From Candidatus Levyibacteriota bacterium (GTDB lineage Bacteria > Patescibacteriota > Microgenomatia > Levybacterales > UBA12049): a stretch of DNA of 64,000 bases. Of the stretch, positions 8,991-18,512 are shown piece by piece. Position numbers and translations under genes: made by a program. Under the pieces are notes generated by a model. The model saw only the letters and a program-made list of their open reading frames with translations, did no database searches and was not told the DNA's origin. The stretch lies in assembly GCA_016182185.1 (NCBI GenBank), contig JACOXU010000001.1, positions 402,915 through 466,914 on the forward strand, read 5' to 3'. Positions within the stretch are counted from its first letter, which is position 1, and every line of letters begins with the position of its first letter.

Positions 8991-9473
8991 TTAAGAAATC
9001 TCTTTAAAAATTTCCTTAATAATATCGTAATTGAAACCTTTAGACGCGAGATGTCTTGCGACTTTCTGAAACTTTTTTTCCCGTGTTAAATTTTTCCATT
9101 TTTCTTTTTTTCTCTCAATAAGTTTTCTAGCTGATTCTAAATCGCTACTGATTGTTAATTGTAAGCTTTCAATAGCGTGCTCTATTAATTCATTGGAAAT
9201 TCCCTTTTGCTTTAATTCAATTTTAATTAGTCTCAAAGATCGGGGTTTGAAGTTTGTCCTTTGTTCAATCCACCATTTGGTAAATTCCTCATCGTCCAAA
9301 AATTTATATTCTTTTAATCTTGTGATTATTTTTCGAATTAAATCCTCGGGGAGTTTCTTTTTTAATAAATTTTTAACAACTTCGTGTTCTGACCGGGGAC
9401 GATAAGAAAGAAATTTCAGCGCTTTATTATAAAACTTTCCTGCCTTGCCGGCAGGCAGGTCAAATTCATCCAT
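8991..9473 (-). CDS. recX: Regulatory protein RecX
   Basis: A 160-aa protein lying immediately downstream of recA, with the RecX-like helical repeat pattern LSYRPRSEHEV. Confidence 0.75.
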   Translation of the reverse strand: MDEFDLPAGKAGKFYNKALKFLSYRPRSEHEVVKNLLKKKLPEDLIRKIITRLKEYKFLDDEEFTKWWIEQRTNFKPRSLRLIKIELKQKGISNELIEHAIESLQLTISSDLESARKLIERKKEKWKNLTREKKFQKVARHLASKGFNYDIIKEIFKEIS

Positions 9474-10558
9474 TAAGATGCTTCTTTTTCTTCGACTCCT
9501 ACAGCAACAGGGGTAGCTCCTGATTGGCTTTTTTTCATAATTTCATCAATGATTTTTTTTGCCACGTCTGACTTTTCTTTCAAAAATGCTTTTGTTGCTT
9601 CCTTTCCCTGCCCAAGCATAAGATCACCGAATCGAAAGAATGCACCGGATTTTTGAATAATTCCCATCTCAACTCCAACATCGACAATTCCACCCTCTCT
9701 AGAAATGCCACCATCTGCTATTACATCAAATTCTGCGATTCTGAAGGGTGCGGCTACTTTATTCTTGACAATTTTTACTCTGTGTCTTGATCCGATAACT
9801 TTGTCTCCATCTTTTAAGGTTTCGATCTTTCGTGAATCAAGCCGAACCGATGCGTAGAACTTAAGAGCAAGTCCTCCAGGTGTAGTCTCAGGATTCCCAA
9901 ACATTACACCTATTTTCTGACGCAGTTGATTCGTAAAGATAACTACAGTTTTTGATTTTGAAATTACTCCGGTTAATTTTCGCAAAGCCTGCGACATTAG
10001 ACGAGCCTGAAGTCCTATCATCGCATCACCCATTTCTCCTTCAATTTCTGCTCGGGGGACAAGAGCCGCAACAGAATCAATAACTAATACATCGACACCC
10101 CCAGACCTGATAAGACTCTCTGCGATTTCAAGAGCTTGTTCTCCTGTGTCGGGTTGGGAGATAAGAAGTTCATCAAGCTTGACTCCGATACGCTGCGCCC
10201 AAAGGGGGTCAAGCGCATGCTCGGCATCTATAAATGCTGCAACCCCTCCATGTTTTTGGGCTTGGGCAATAATTGATAAACAAATTGTGGTTTTCCCGGA
10301 TGCCTCAGGTCCAAAAATTTCAACCACCCGTCCCCTTGGCACTCCGCCTACTCCAAGCGCTAAGTCCAAGGGAAGACACCCAGTTGAAATAACAGAGATA
10401 TCAAGTTTTTGTCCTCCTTCTCCAAAACGCATTATAGAACCGCGTCCATATTGTTTTTCTATTTGTTCCATGGCCATTTTTACTGCTTCAAGTTTCTTCG
10501 AAGATTCTGTTGGACCATTTGCTTTTGGAGTTTTTTGAGTGTTTGATGTACGCGCCAT
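9473..10558 (-). CDS. recA: Recombinase RecA
   Basis: Walker [10 protein letters not shown] and a canonical RecA core ([11 protein letters not shown]). Confidence 0.97.
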   Translation of the reverse strand: MARTSNTQKTPKANGPTESSKKLEAVKMAMEQIEKQYGRGSIMRFGEGGQKLDISVISTGCLPLDLALGVGGVPRGRVVEIFGPEASGKTTICLSIIAQAQKHGGVAAFIDAEHALDPLWAQRIGVKLDELLISQPDTGEQALEIAESLIRSGGVDVLVIDSVAALVPRAEIEGEMGDAMIGLQARLMSQALRKLTGVISKSKTVVIFTNQLRQKIGVMFGNPETTPGGLALKFYASVRLDSRKIETLKDGDKVIGSRHRVKIVKNKVAAPFRIAEFDVIADGGISREGGIVDVGVEMGIIQKSGAFFRFGDLMLGQGKEATKAFLKEKSDVAKKIIDEIMKKSQSGATPVAVGVEEKEAS

Positions 10559-10605
10559 TTGGTTCTAATTGTAACAACTTTTTGTTATAATGCAATAGTT
10601 ATTTT

Positions 10606-10676
10606 CGGGGTGTAGTTTAACGGTAGAATTCGCGGCTGGGGGCCGTGCGGCTGGAGTTCGACTCTCCGCACCCCGA
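10606..10676 (+). tRNA. tRNA-Pro (anticodon GGG)
   Basis: Acceptor stem CGGGGTG pairs with CACCCCG. The anticodon stem CGCGG pairs with CCGTG around the loop CTGGGGG. The T arm is TGGAG-TTCGACT-CTCCG. CCA is not encoded. Confidence 0.75.
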
Positions 10677-10688
10677 CTTAAATTAATA

Positions 10689-12101
10689 ATGACTGAGTCA
10701 GAAAAACTTCACAATAAAAGGGTTCAGAAAATTTCCGCACAGTTAAAGAAATTCTATAAGCAAAAAAAGAAAGTACGCATCTATCACGGGAGCACAAATT
10801 CCACCAGAACTCAAGAGTTTAAAAAAGACGAAATTGTATATATTACGGATTTAAATAATGTAATTGAAGTAAATCCAAAAGAAAAATATGCTGTTGTTGA
10901 ATCAAATGTTCCAATGGATAAACTGGTTGAGGAAACATTTAAGTTTGGCCTTATTCCCCCCGTTGTCATGGAATTTCCGGGTATCACCGTTGGCGGAGGA
11001 ATTCAAGGAGGGGCAGGAGAAAGCAGTTCTTTCAAATGGGGTTTATTTCACCACATTTGTCTTGAGTATGAAATGGTTTTAGGAGACGGAAAGATAATAA
11101 CAGCTTCTTCTAAGAAAACCTCTGATCTTTATTGGGGCACTGCATGTTCTTACGGATCTTTAGGAATCATCACGCAAGTAAAACTTCGTTTAATCTCTGC
11201 TAAAAAATTTATTCATTTGACATACCATAAAGTTAATAGTTTTAAAGAGTCTATAAAATCTATTGAAGAAGCCTCTCGGGATTCTGTTGATTTTATTGAT
11301 GGAATACTGTTTTCAAAACAAACCGGCGTAATAATGAGCGGAAAATTTTCCGATAAAAAAGACGCTCCGGTGGTAACATTTCGAAAGGCAATTGATGATT
11401 GGTTTTATGTTCATGCAGAAAAAATTATTAAAAAACACAAGAAATGGAAGGAGATTATACCTTTAAAAGACTATCTTTTTAGGTATGACAGGGGTGCTTT
11501 TTGGGCAGGAAATTATGCGTTTAAACGTAGCCGTATTCCTTTTAATAGATTCACTCGATTTATTTTAAATCCCCTTTTTAAAACAAGAACCCTCTATCGC
11601 TTCCTGCAGGCGATAAATATTTCCCAAAGACAAATCGTTCAGGATTTCTGTCTTCCTAGAGAAAGCGTATTGCCATTTTTAGAACTTGTGGACAAAATGA
11701 CTAATATTTATCCTATCTGGATATGTCCCGGATGGGTGGCTAAAAAATATGATAAGTTGTCTCCCGGCTATCTTAGCAATAATTTTATAATTGATATTGG
11801 GGTATGGGGAAAGACACAAGGAGATTTTGAACATCTTGTTAAACTAAACAGAGACTTGGAAAAGACTTTGACTGAATATAAAGGACGAAAAGTATTATAT
11901 GCTCATTCATATTATCCAAAAGATGAGTTCTGGAAAATCTATGATTTTAAATGGTATGAAAAATTAAGAAAAAAATATAAAGCCGAAAAAGTATTCCCCG
12001 ATGTTTATGAAAAAACTAAGGTTTCCAAAAAATATAATGTATCGATTACAAAAGGGTTGTTAAATGTTATCAAATCACCGTTTAAGTTACCTATTAATTA
12101 A
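10689..12101 (+). CDS. FAD-linked oxidase (PCMH-type FAD-binding domain), DprE1/DHCR24-like
   Basis: The stretch FPGITVGGGIQGGAGESSSFKWGLFHHICLEYEMVLGDGKIITASSK..LYWGTACSYGSLGIIT matches the FAD-binding domain pattern of the decaprenylphosphoryl-ribose oxidase and alditol oxidase families. Confidence 0.6.
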   Translation: MTESEKLHNKRVQKISAQLKKFYKQKKKVRIYHGSTNSTRTQEFKKDEIVYITDLNNVIEVNPKEKYAVVESNVPMDKLVEETFKFGLIPPVVMEFPGITVGGGIQGGAGESSSFKWGLFHHICLEYEMVLGDGKIITASSKKTSDLYWGTACSYGSLGIITQVKLRLISAKKFIHLTYHKVNSFKESIKSIEEASRDSVDFIDGILFSKQTGVIMSGKFSDKKDAPVVTFRKAIDDWFYVHAEKIIKKHKKWKEIIPLKDYLFRYDRGAFWAGNYAFKRSRIPFNRFTRFILNPLFKTRTLYRFLQAINISQRQIVQDFCLPRESVLPFLELVDKMTNIYPIWICPGWVAKKYDKLSPGYLSNNFIIDIGVWGKTQGDFEHLVKLNRDLEKTLTEYKGRKVLYAHSYYPKDEFWKIYDFKWYEKLRKKYKAEKVFPDVYEKTKVSKKYNVSITKGLLNVIKSPFKLPIN

Positions 12102-12154
12102 ATAAAGACGCAAGAGTTGCATTAAAATCCTTTTTATATATAATTGATAGACTT

Positions 12155-12907
12155 ATGAGAAATAAAACACACTCAAGTGTTTGGGATAGATTCCCTAAGT
12201 TAAAATCAATATCAAAAGAAAAGTTCCCCAATCATCTTCTTATAATTCCTGACGGAAATGGCAGATGGGCACAAAGATTTAGTAAATTGCCTGTTTTTGG
12301 ACACCGAAAAGGAAGAGAAGTTTTAAAACAAATTCTAGATGATCTCCAAGAGCTACCTATACACTTTATAACAGTTTGGGGATTTTCTACCGGCAACTGG
12401 AAAAGATCAAAAGCTGAAGTCAAAGCCCTCATGAGTATTTTTGAAAAAGCAGTAAATGAAAATCTTCCAAGATTAATAGAAACGGGCACTCGTTTTATAC
12501 ATATTGGCAGAGAGGATAGAATCCCAAAGTCTTTAAAAAATGCCATCCGAAATTCGGAAATTAAGACAAAAACAAACAGAAAACGAGTATTTTGTCTTGC
12601 AATAGACTTTGGAGGAGAAGATCAAGAACTTAGAATGATGGAGAAAATCCGCGATCTCCCAAAAAATATAAAAATAACCCCGCAGGTTGTTGAAAAATTG
12701 AGAGACGCACAGGGTTTAATTCCACAGGCAGATTTAATTATCAGAACGTCAGGTGAACAAAGAACCTCTGATCTTGGCTGGCTTGAGCGAAATTCGGAAT
12801 TCTATTCCATTAAAAAACTTCTACCGATGACTGCAACATCTGACTTTATTGAAGCAATTATTGATTATTCGAAAAGAAATAGGCGATTTGGAGCAAGACC
12901 AAAATAA
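12155..12907 (+). CDS. uppS: Undecaprenyl/isoprenyl diphosphate synthase (cis-prenyltransferase)
   Basis: HLLIIPDGNGRWAQ (like HVAIIMDGNGRWA), FSTGNWKRSKAEV, and an RTSGEQRTSD motif. Confidence 0.85.
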   Translation: MRNKTHSSVWDRFPKLKSISKEKFPNHLLIIPDGNGRWAQRFSKLPVFGHRKGREVLKQILDDLQELPIHFITVWGFSTGNWKRSKAEVKALMSIFEKAVNENLPRLIETGTRFIHIGREDRIPKSLKNAIRNSEIKTKTNRKRVFCLAIDFGGEDQELRMMEKIRDLPKNIKITPQVVEKLRDAQGLIPQADLIIRTSGEQRTSDLGWLERNSEFYSIKKLLPMTATSDFIEAIIDYSKRNRRFGARPK

Positions 12908-12912
12908 AAACA

Positions 12913-13980
12913 ATGGACGATTTACAAATTTTCAAGGAAAAATTTGATCTTTTCTTAAAAGCACGCCTTAAGCAAAAAACTAAGCAACTTGCCACATACT
13001 CAAAAGATCCTTTCGTTTTAGACTATATTGATTACGCAAAAAAGATTACTGTAATAGGCGGAAAAAGAATAAGACCATATATTGCATACTTAATGTATAA
13101 GTCTTTCGGAGGCAAAGAGGAAGAAAAAGTTTTAAAACTCCTCACTTCCCTTGAAATTCTCCATTCATTTCTGCTTATGCACGATGACATTATCGACAAA
13201 GGAACTCTTCGACATGGAATAAAAACCTCTCATATATATATCGCCAACAAATTAACTAAAGCCCAAAGACATGGGGAATACCTGAATCTTGGTAAATCGC
13301 AAGCTATGCTCCTTGGAGATTTTCTATTTTCCTGGTCGCAGGAAATAATCAACCAAAATTCCGATTTTAATGAAAAAATATTAAAGAATTTAAGACGATA
13401 TTTTTATGCAATGGTTGATAAAGTAATCCTCGGGGAAATGATCGATGTTGATCTTACAACACGAAAAAGCGTAACAAATGATCTTATAGATCAGGAGTTC
13501 CGTCTTAAAACAGCAAGTTACAGCTTTATTGGCCCAATGCAAATCGGTGTGGCCTTAGCAGACAAGACAACTAAAAAAATAGAGAAACTTTGTATAGAAT
13601 TGGGGACAAATCTTGGGATTGCTTTTCAGATACAAGATGATTTGCTTGATATCATGTCAACCGACAAAAATATGTCTAAAGCTACATCTTCCGATATTTT
13701 ACAGCATCAACATACTTATTTTACTCAATATATTTTTGAGCATGGAAGCAAAAATCAAATAAATACGTTGAATAGTTTATTCGAACAAAAAAAGAATAAA
13801 TCAGATAAATCTAAAATTAAAAAATTATTTGTTGAATCAGGAGCAATAAAGATGGGAAAACAGATAATTGAAAACTGTATTGATAAAGCAAGGGAGTTAG
13901 TCAAAGAATTTACTATTCAAGAAGACAAAAAAAGAGAATTAATTCTATTAATTGAAACTATTCGAAAAAGAACGTACTAG
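12913..13980 (+). CDS. Trans-polyprenyl diphosphate synthase, short-chain (FPP/GGPP synthase type)
   Basis: First Asp-rich motif LLMHDDIID and second FQIQDDLLD. The bulky Phe four residues upstream of the first motif suggests a short-chain product. Confidence 0.85.
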   Translation: MDDLQIFKEKFDLFLKARLKQKTKQLATYSKDPFVLDYIDYAKKITVIGGKRIRPYIAYLMYKSFGGKEEEKVLKLLTSLEILHSFLLMHDDIIDKGTLRHGIKTSHIYIANKLTKAQRHGEYLNLGKSQAMLLGDFLFSWSQEIINQNSDFNEKILKNLRRYFYAMVDKVILGEMIDVDLTTRKSVTNDLIDQEFRLKTASYSFIGPMQIGVALADKTTKKIEKLCIELGTNLGIAFQIQDDLLDIMSTDKNMSKATSSDILQHQHTYFTQYIFEHGSKNQINTLNSLFEQKKNKSDKSKIKKLFVESGAIKMGKQIIENCIDKARELVKEFTIQEDKKRELILLIETIRKRTY

Positions 13981-14045
13981 AAAAGAGCGCATATGTATTT
14001 TAGATAAATATTTACCCGACGCAAAATTGATGTTTTTAGGAAAAA

Positions 14046-14630
14046 TTGACGAGTGTTACTATAAAACAAGAAGATTTAGATAAGAATATGCTTTCGTATT
14101 ATAAAACTAGACAGTTAATAGCCAAAATAAATAGAAACGGAAAGGTAATTGGTCAAATTGACAAATGGCAAACACACAGAAAAGGAATATTACATAAGGC
14201 ATTGACTATTGCTATTTTTTATAAAGATTTTTTGATTATACAACACAGAAAACATCCTGCCTTTGATGGAGTATTTGATATAACTTCTTCATCTCATCAG
14301 CTTTTTATAGATGGAAAACTGCAATCATCATCCGAAGCAACATACGCTACTCTAAAAAGAGAATGGAACTTATCAAAAAAAGATATTCTATATGAACCGC
14401 TAAATAAAGGGGCTATTTATTACCGGGCGAAAGATACAAAAAGTGAATTCACAGAACATGAGATGTGTGATATTTTGGTTACAGAGGTCAAAAAGTTACC
14501 AACTCCAAACTTTGATTTTGCTTACGGTTTTTCTTTGGTCAAGAAAAAGGAAATCTTAAATAAAAAAAGCAGAATTTATCAAGCTCTTGCCCCATGGGTT
14601 AAGAAAGCATTAGAAGAAAATCTACTTTAA
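14046..14630 (+). CDS. Isopentenyl-diphosphate delta-isomerase type 1-like Nudix protein, catalytic Cys replaced by Ser
   Basis: [43 protein letters not shown] aligns to E. coli Idi [53 protein letters not shown] aligns to Idi ENEVCPV. Confidence 0.6.
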   Translation: [194 protein letters not shown]

Positions 14631-14635
14631 AAAAA

Positions 14636-15304
14636 CTAGAAAGATAGATCTTCAGTCTGTTCGCGGTGGAAGTTATATGCGGATATAGAAAATTCCGGAG
14701 CTAAAACTTGAGACAGAGGAAACTTTGAACCATTAATGATTGCGGGGATTATTCCTTCAATCTCATTTATGTTTATAGATTGAAATACAATATTTCTTAC
14801 CATTCCGGGATGAAGACTTCTTATGTCTTCTATCGTAAGCCACCCATTGCCTTCAACCTCAATTCCATCTAAAGGCTTAACCTCTCCGTTCATTGGTCCG
14901 TCATAGTAAAGAAATGCTAAATCCACCGGTATCTCTCCTTTCCTTATTGAGACAACACCTTCTCTATACGAATTTTGTGTAACATAAAGGTGATTTAGTA
15001 AAATCCTATCATCTCCGCTAAACTCAGCAAGAGCACCTAATAAATTATACAATGGGCTTTCTCCACGCTTTCTAGTTTCTGCGATAAATGATATTTGTCC
15101 GGCTACCTTCTCCGTCATAGGTTTTGTTTCTCTTTCTCTTACTGTCCACAAGAGGATATTATCTTCATCGCCTTGGGGACTTGCGAAAACTACAACTACG
15201 ATCGCCTTACTGCCGGGCTCGTTCTCAGGAGAAGCTATTATTTCCTGTTGGGGCTTGCTTCCATTAACTCCGTGTATTTTAATGATTCGGGTTTCTGCTA
15301 TCAT
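14636..15304 (-). CDS. Hypothetical protein, possibly a degenerate Nudix-fold protein
   Basis: AIVVVVFASPQGDEDNILLWTVRER...KVAGQISFIAETRKRGESPLYNLLGALAEFSG resembles a Nudix box that lacks the RExxEE residues. Confidence 0.3.
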   Translation of the reverse strand: MIAETRIIKIHGVNGSKPQQEIIASPENEPGSKAIVVVVFASPQGDEDNILLWTVRERETKPMTEKVAGQISFIAETRKRGESPLYNLLGALAEFSGDDRILLNHLYVTQNSYREGVVSIRKGEIPVDLAFLYYDGPMNGEVKPLDGIEVEGNGWLTIEDIRSLHPGMVRNIVFQSININEIEGIIPAIINGSKFPLSQVLAPEFSISAYNFHREQTEDLSF

Positions 15305-15305
15305 T

Positions 15306-16085
15306 TTATTTAATAACTGTTCCTTTTACGGATTTTCCTATTATAGCACTGTAGAATGAATTTTTCCTGTTTCCTATCAGAAAAGTTTTTACCCCATTTT
15401 CTGCCAGCGCAAGAGCTGTTTCAGCTTTGTGTATCATCCCGCCTGTAACATCCGGTCTATCGCTTTTTTCTATAAATTTTTTAATTTTCGGCCAGCTGAC
15501 TTTGTCAATAAGCGGAATTGTTCTTTTCTTATCATCATAAATACCATCAGTTTCTCCTATTTCGATTACTTTTTCTATATTATATTTTTTATTTATAAAA
15601 AACTCCGCTATTTTGCTCAGAATGGTTTCGCCGGAAAAAATCGTACTCTTCCATTTAGAATCCCAGATAACATCTCCGAAAAGAACGGGTACTAAGTTTT
15701 GGTTAATCATTTTTTCTATTGATGAAAAAAAACTTTTTTCCAGCATACCGCCTGCTGCAGTAATTATTCCCATAGGTCTTATTGAAATTGCGGGAATTTT
15801 TTCCTTGATTAGAGCGTCTACAACGATTTTATTTATATCAAAGGCGTCCTTTGACACCCTTGCTATTCCCATCCTGTTTTTATAACCCCTTCTTCCTCCA
15901 TAGATAGATGCTGAAGTGTGTCCGAAGGATCCGCTTCCATGAGCAATAATCATTCTAATGTTTTTCACTTTGCTTATATTCCGAGCAATTCGTTTAAGAG
16001 ACTCAGTTCTTACTTTATATGGAATATTTTTATGGGTTATGGCAGATCCCCCAATTTTTATCAAAATGAGCTTTTTAGAGGACAT
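15306..16085 (-). CDS. Isopentenyl phosphate kinase (amino-acid kinase family)
   Basis: LILIKIGGSAITHK and the HGSGSFGH motif. The start was trimmed to the ATG at 16085 (MSSKK), which is preceded by AAGAGG; the ORF-track start at 16244 would overlap rpsI. Confidence 0.7.
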   Translation of the reverse strand: MSSKKLILIKIGGSAITHKNIPYKVRTESLKRIARNISKVKNIRMIIAHGSGSFGHTSASIYGGRRGYKNRMGIARVSKDAFDINKIVVDALIKEKIPAISIRPMGIITAAGGMLEKSFFSSIEKMINQNLVPVLFGDVIWDSKWKSTIFSGETILSKIAEFFINKKYNIEKVIEIGETDGIYDDKKRTIPLIDKVSWPKIKKFIEKSDRPDVTGGMIHKAETALALAENGVKTFLIGNRKNSFYSAIIGKSVKGTVIK

Positions 16086-16086
16086 G

Positions 16087-16572
16087 TTACCTCTTTGGAC
16101 TTTGTTTTTTTCTTCTTGCCTTTCCGCCGGTTCCGATCTTTCTTCTTTCGCGAACCCTTGCGTCAGACTTGAGGAATCCTTTTTTCTTAAGAATTGGTCT
16201 AAATTTATCTTTATCGAGCCTAGAAAGAGCGCGGGAAACTCCAAGAATCAATGCATCAAGTTGCCCTCTTAATCCTCCTCCTTCGAGCCTGACAGTAACT
16301 GCAAACTTATCAAGTGTATCTGTGGCACGAAACGGTTCTTCGTATTGAGTTTTAGAGACTTCTCCTGAGAAGTAGTTTTCAACAGGCATCCCATTTACAA
16401 CAAGGTCTCCTTTTTTGACAGACAAATCTCCCCATGAAAGACTTGCTTTAACAGATGGATAAAGTCTTACTCTTGCAATTGCTTCTTTGCGTCTGCCGAC
16501 TGCATGAATGTAATCTGGTTTTACTTCCTTTTTTTCTTTTATTTCGTTTTCGGATTGTTTTTTTCTTGGCAT
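16087..16572 (-). CDS. rpsI: 30S ribosomal protein S9 (with N-terminal extension)
   Basis: The C-terminal ...GGKARRKKQSPKR is the S9 signature. Confidence 0.9.
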   Translation of the reverse strand: MPRKKQSENEIKEKKEVKPDYIHAVGRRKEAIARVRLYPSVKASLSWGDLSVKKGDLVVNGMPVENYFSGEVSKTQYEEPFRATDTLDKFAVTVRLEGGGLRGQLDALILGVSRALSRLDKDKFRPILKKKGFLKSDARVRERRKIGTGGKARRKKQSPKR

Positions 16573-16573
16573 A

Positions 16574-17002
16574 TTAGTTGTTTTCTTTCTTCAGCCTATC
16601 TTGGTAGGTATGTTTCTCATCTGAAAAAGCAAAAAGTCTTTTAAGCATCCTGTCTCTTAATCTGTTTTGCGGAAGCATACCTCTTACTGCATGTTTTACA
16701 ATTTCACTGGGATTTTTCTCCCGAAGGTCTTTAAAACTTTCCGCACGAAAGCCGCCAGGATATCCTGAATGTCTGTAATATTTTTTATCGGTCTCTTTTC
16801 TGCCGGTAACCTTTATTTCTTTTGCGTTTATAACTACAACGTAATCGCCGCAATCTAAATTTCTCACAAAATATGGTTTTGACTTTCCCATCAGTAAATT
16901 TGCGATCTTAGTTGAAATTCTTCCTAAGGTTTGCCCTTTTACATCAATAAGATGCCAATCTCTTTTGATATCTGACTGTTTTGTTGCTTTTGTAATATTC
17001 AT
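16574..17002 (-). CDS. rplM: 50S ribosomal protein L13
   Basis: DWHLIDVKGQTLGRISTKIANLLMGK is typical of L13. Confidence 0.9.
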   Translation of the reverse strand: MNITKATKQSDIKRDWHLIDVKGQTLGRISTKIANLLMGKSKPYFVRNLDCGDYVVVINAKEIKVTGRKETDKKYYRHSGYPGGFRAESFKDLREKNPSEIVKHAVRGMLPQNRLRDRMLKRLFAFSDEKHTYQDRLKKENN

Positions 17003-17005
17003 AAC

Positions 17006-17509
17006 TTATTTAGATTTTTTGGTTCTGGTTTTGCCTTTTTCAGGTTTTTTCTTGACAGCAGTTTGCTTCTTTATAGTTTTTCCCTTGGGTCTTCTTTCCT
17101 TGCCTCCTGTTTTCTTTTGAACACCTTTATCTTCGCTGGTAACAGATTTTATTACTTTTTTCTCCACCCACTCCATTATTGCCATTCTGGCATTGTCAGA
17201 CAATCTTTCTCCTAATTTTACTATCCTAACATATCCGCCTTTTCGATTCTCAAATCTTGGTGCAATTTCAGAAATTACTTTTTCAACTGCTTCAGGATAA
17301 AGATGAACTGATAGCAATCTTTGAGCTAATTTTTTTTCTCTCCTTGCTTTTGAGATTAACTTATCTGCCTCGGCCTTGATTGCTTTTGCCTTGGCCTCAG
17401 TTGTCTTAATCCTTTCATTTAAAACCAGGGAGCTTAATAGGCTCTTAAAAAGTGCCTTTCTCTCCTTAACGTCTCTTTTAAATTTTCTGCCAAATACATT
17501 TTTCTTCAT
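17006..17509 (-). CDS. rplQ: 50S ribosomal protein L17 (Lys-rich C-terminal extension)
   Basis: FGRKFKRDVKERKALFKSLLSSLVLNERIKTT is typical of L17. Confidence 0.9.
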   Translation of the reverse strand: MKKNVFGRKFKRDVKERKALFKSLLSSLVLNERIKTTEAKAKAIKAEADKLISKARREKKLAQRLLSVHLYPEAVEKVISEIAPRFENRKGGYVRIVKLGERLSDNARMAIMEWVEKKVIKSVTSEDKGVQKKTGGKERRPKGKTIKKQTAVKKKPEKGKTRTKKSK

Positions 17510-17571
17510 AATAAAATAAACGACAGGTAACCCTATCGTAATTAAGTTTTGAAAACAATATTAAAGTAGAA

Positions 17572-18495
17572 TTACACCGGCAGTTCGATTCCTTTTTCTT
17601 TAAGTTTTTCTTCGATTATTGCAAGTGATTTATTTCCCATATTTCTCATGGACATAAGTTCTTTTCTCGGTGTATTAATCAGATCTCCTAATGTTTCGAT
17701 TTCGCCATTTCTCAAACTGTTATAAATCCTTGTCGGAAGATCAAGCTCATCAACTGTAAGTCTTGAAACTGCATCAGGTATGGATGGCGAGGAAGAACTG
17801 TCGCTTTGGGCTTTAGATGGCTTGGGCTGATAAATCTGCGAGAAATATGATGATAGAATTCTTCCGGCTTCATTTAATGCTTCTCGGGGGTCAACTGCTC
17901 CATTTGTCCAAATTTGAAGAGTGAGTTTGTCCAAATTTGTCTGTCTTCCTACGCGAGTAGCGGAAACCTCATAATTTACGCGTCTTACAGGAGTGAAAAT
18001 TGCATCAGTGGGAATAACGCCGACGGTTGATATCTTGCGATCTTCTGCGATTGAGTACCCTAGTCCTTTTTCAACTGTAAGTTCTGCATCAAACTTTGCT
18101 TTCTTGTCCCCCAAAGTTCCAATATATTGATCTTTATTGACAATTTCTACATCTTCGGGTAATTCTAAGTCCTGAGCCGTTATTTTTTTTGGACCTTTGA
18201 CTGAAAGTTTTATTGTGCTTGAATCTTTAGAATCAAGAAGTCGAAGATTTAATCCTTTAATGTTGAGAAGCAAATCTATAACATTTTCTTTAAGCCCTGG
18301 GATTGTAGAAAATTTGTGCCTTACGCCTGATATTTTTATGGAGGTTACGGCTGCTCCGGGGATAGATGACAAAAGTATTCTTCTTAGAGCATTTCCCAAA
18401 GTATGTCCATAACCAGGTTCAAGTGGCTCGATAATAAATTGTCCAAAATCTTTTTCGATTTTCTCTTCTTTGACTTTAAGTACTGGCTCCAACAT
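17572..18495 (-). CDS. rpoA: DNA-directed RNA polymerase subunit alpha
   Basis: FIIEPLEPGYGHTLGNALRRILLSS in the N-terminal domain, and a C-terminal domain with the helix-hairpin-helix. Confidence 0.95.
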   Translation of the reverse strand: MLEPVLKVKEEKIEKDFGQFIIEPLEPGYGHTLGNALRRILLSSIPGAAVTSIKISGVRHKFSTIPGLKENVIDLLLNIKGLNLRLLDSKDSSTIKLSVKGPKKITAQDLELPEDVEIVNKDQYIGTLGDKKAKFDAELTVEKGLGYSIAEDRKISTVGVIPTDAIFTPVRRVNYEVSATRVGRQTNLDKLTLQIWTNGAVDPREALNEAGRILSSYFSQIYQPKPSKAQSDSSSSPSIPDAVSRLTVDELDLPTRIYNSLRNGEIETLGDLINTPRKELMSMRNMGNKSLAIIEEKLKEKGIELPV

Positions 18496-18512
18496 AAATA
18501 TCTATTTTATCA

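Noticed and set aside
12232-12546. A minus-strand 104-aa ORF inside uppS.
   Set aside because: It lies antisense within a well-supported cis-prenyltransferase gene.
15306-16244. ORF-track N-terminal extensions on the isopentenyl phosphate kinase gene (to 16244), rplC (to 33044), rpsM (to 19978), infA (to 20312) and rpsC (to 29506).
   Set aside because: The extensions overlap upstream genes, promoters or hairpins, and canonical protein N-termini begin at internal Met codons. Starts were trimmed accordingly.
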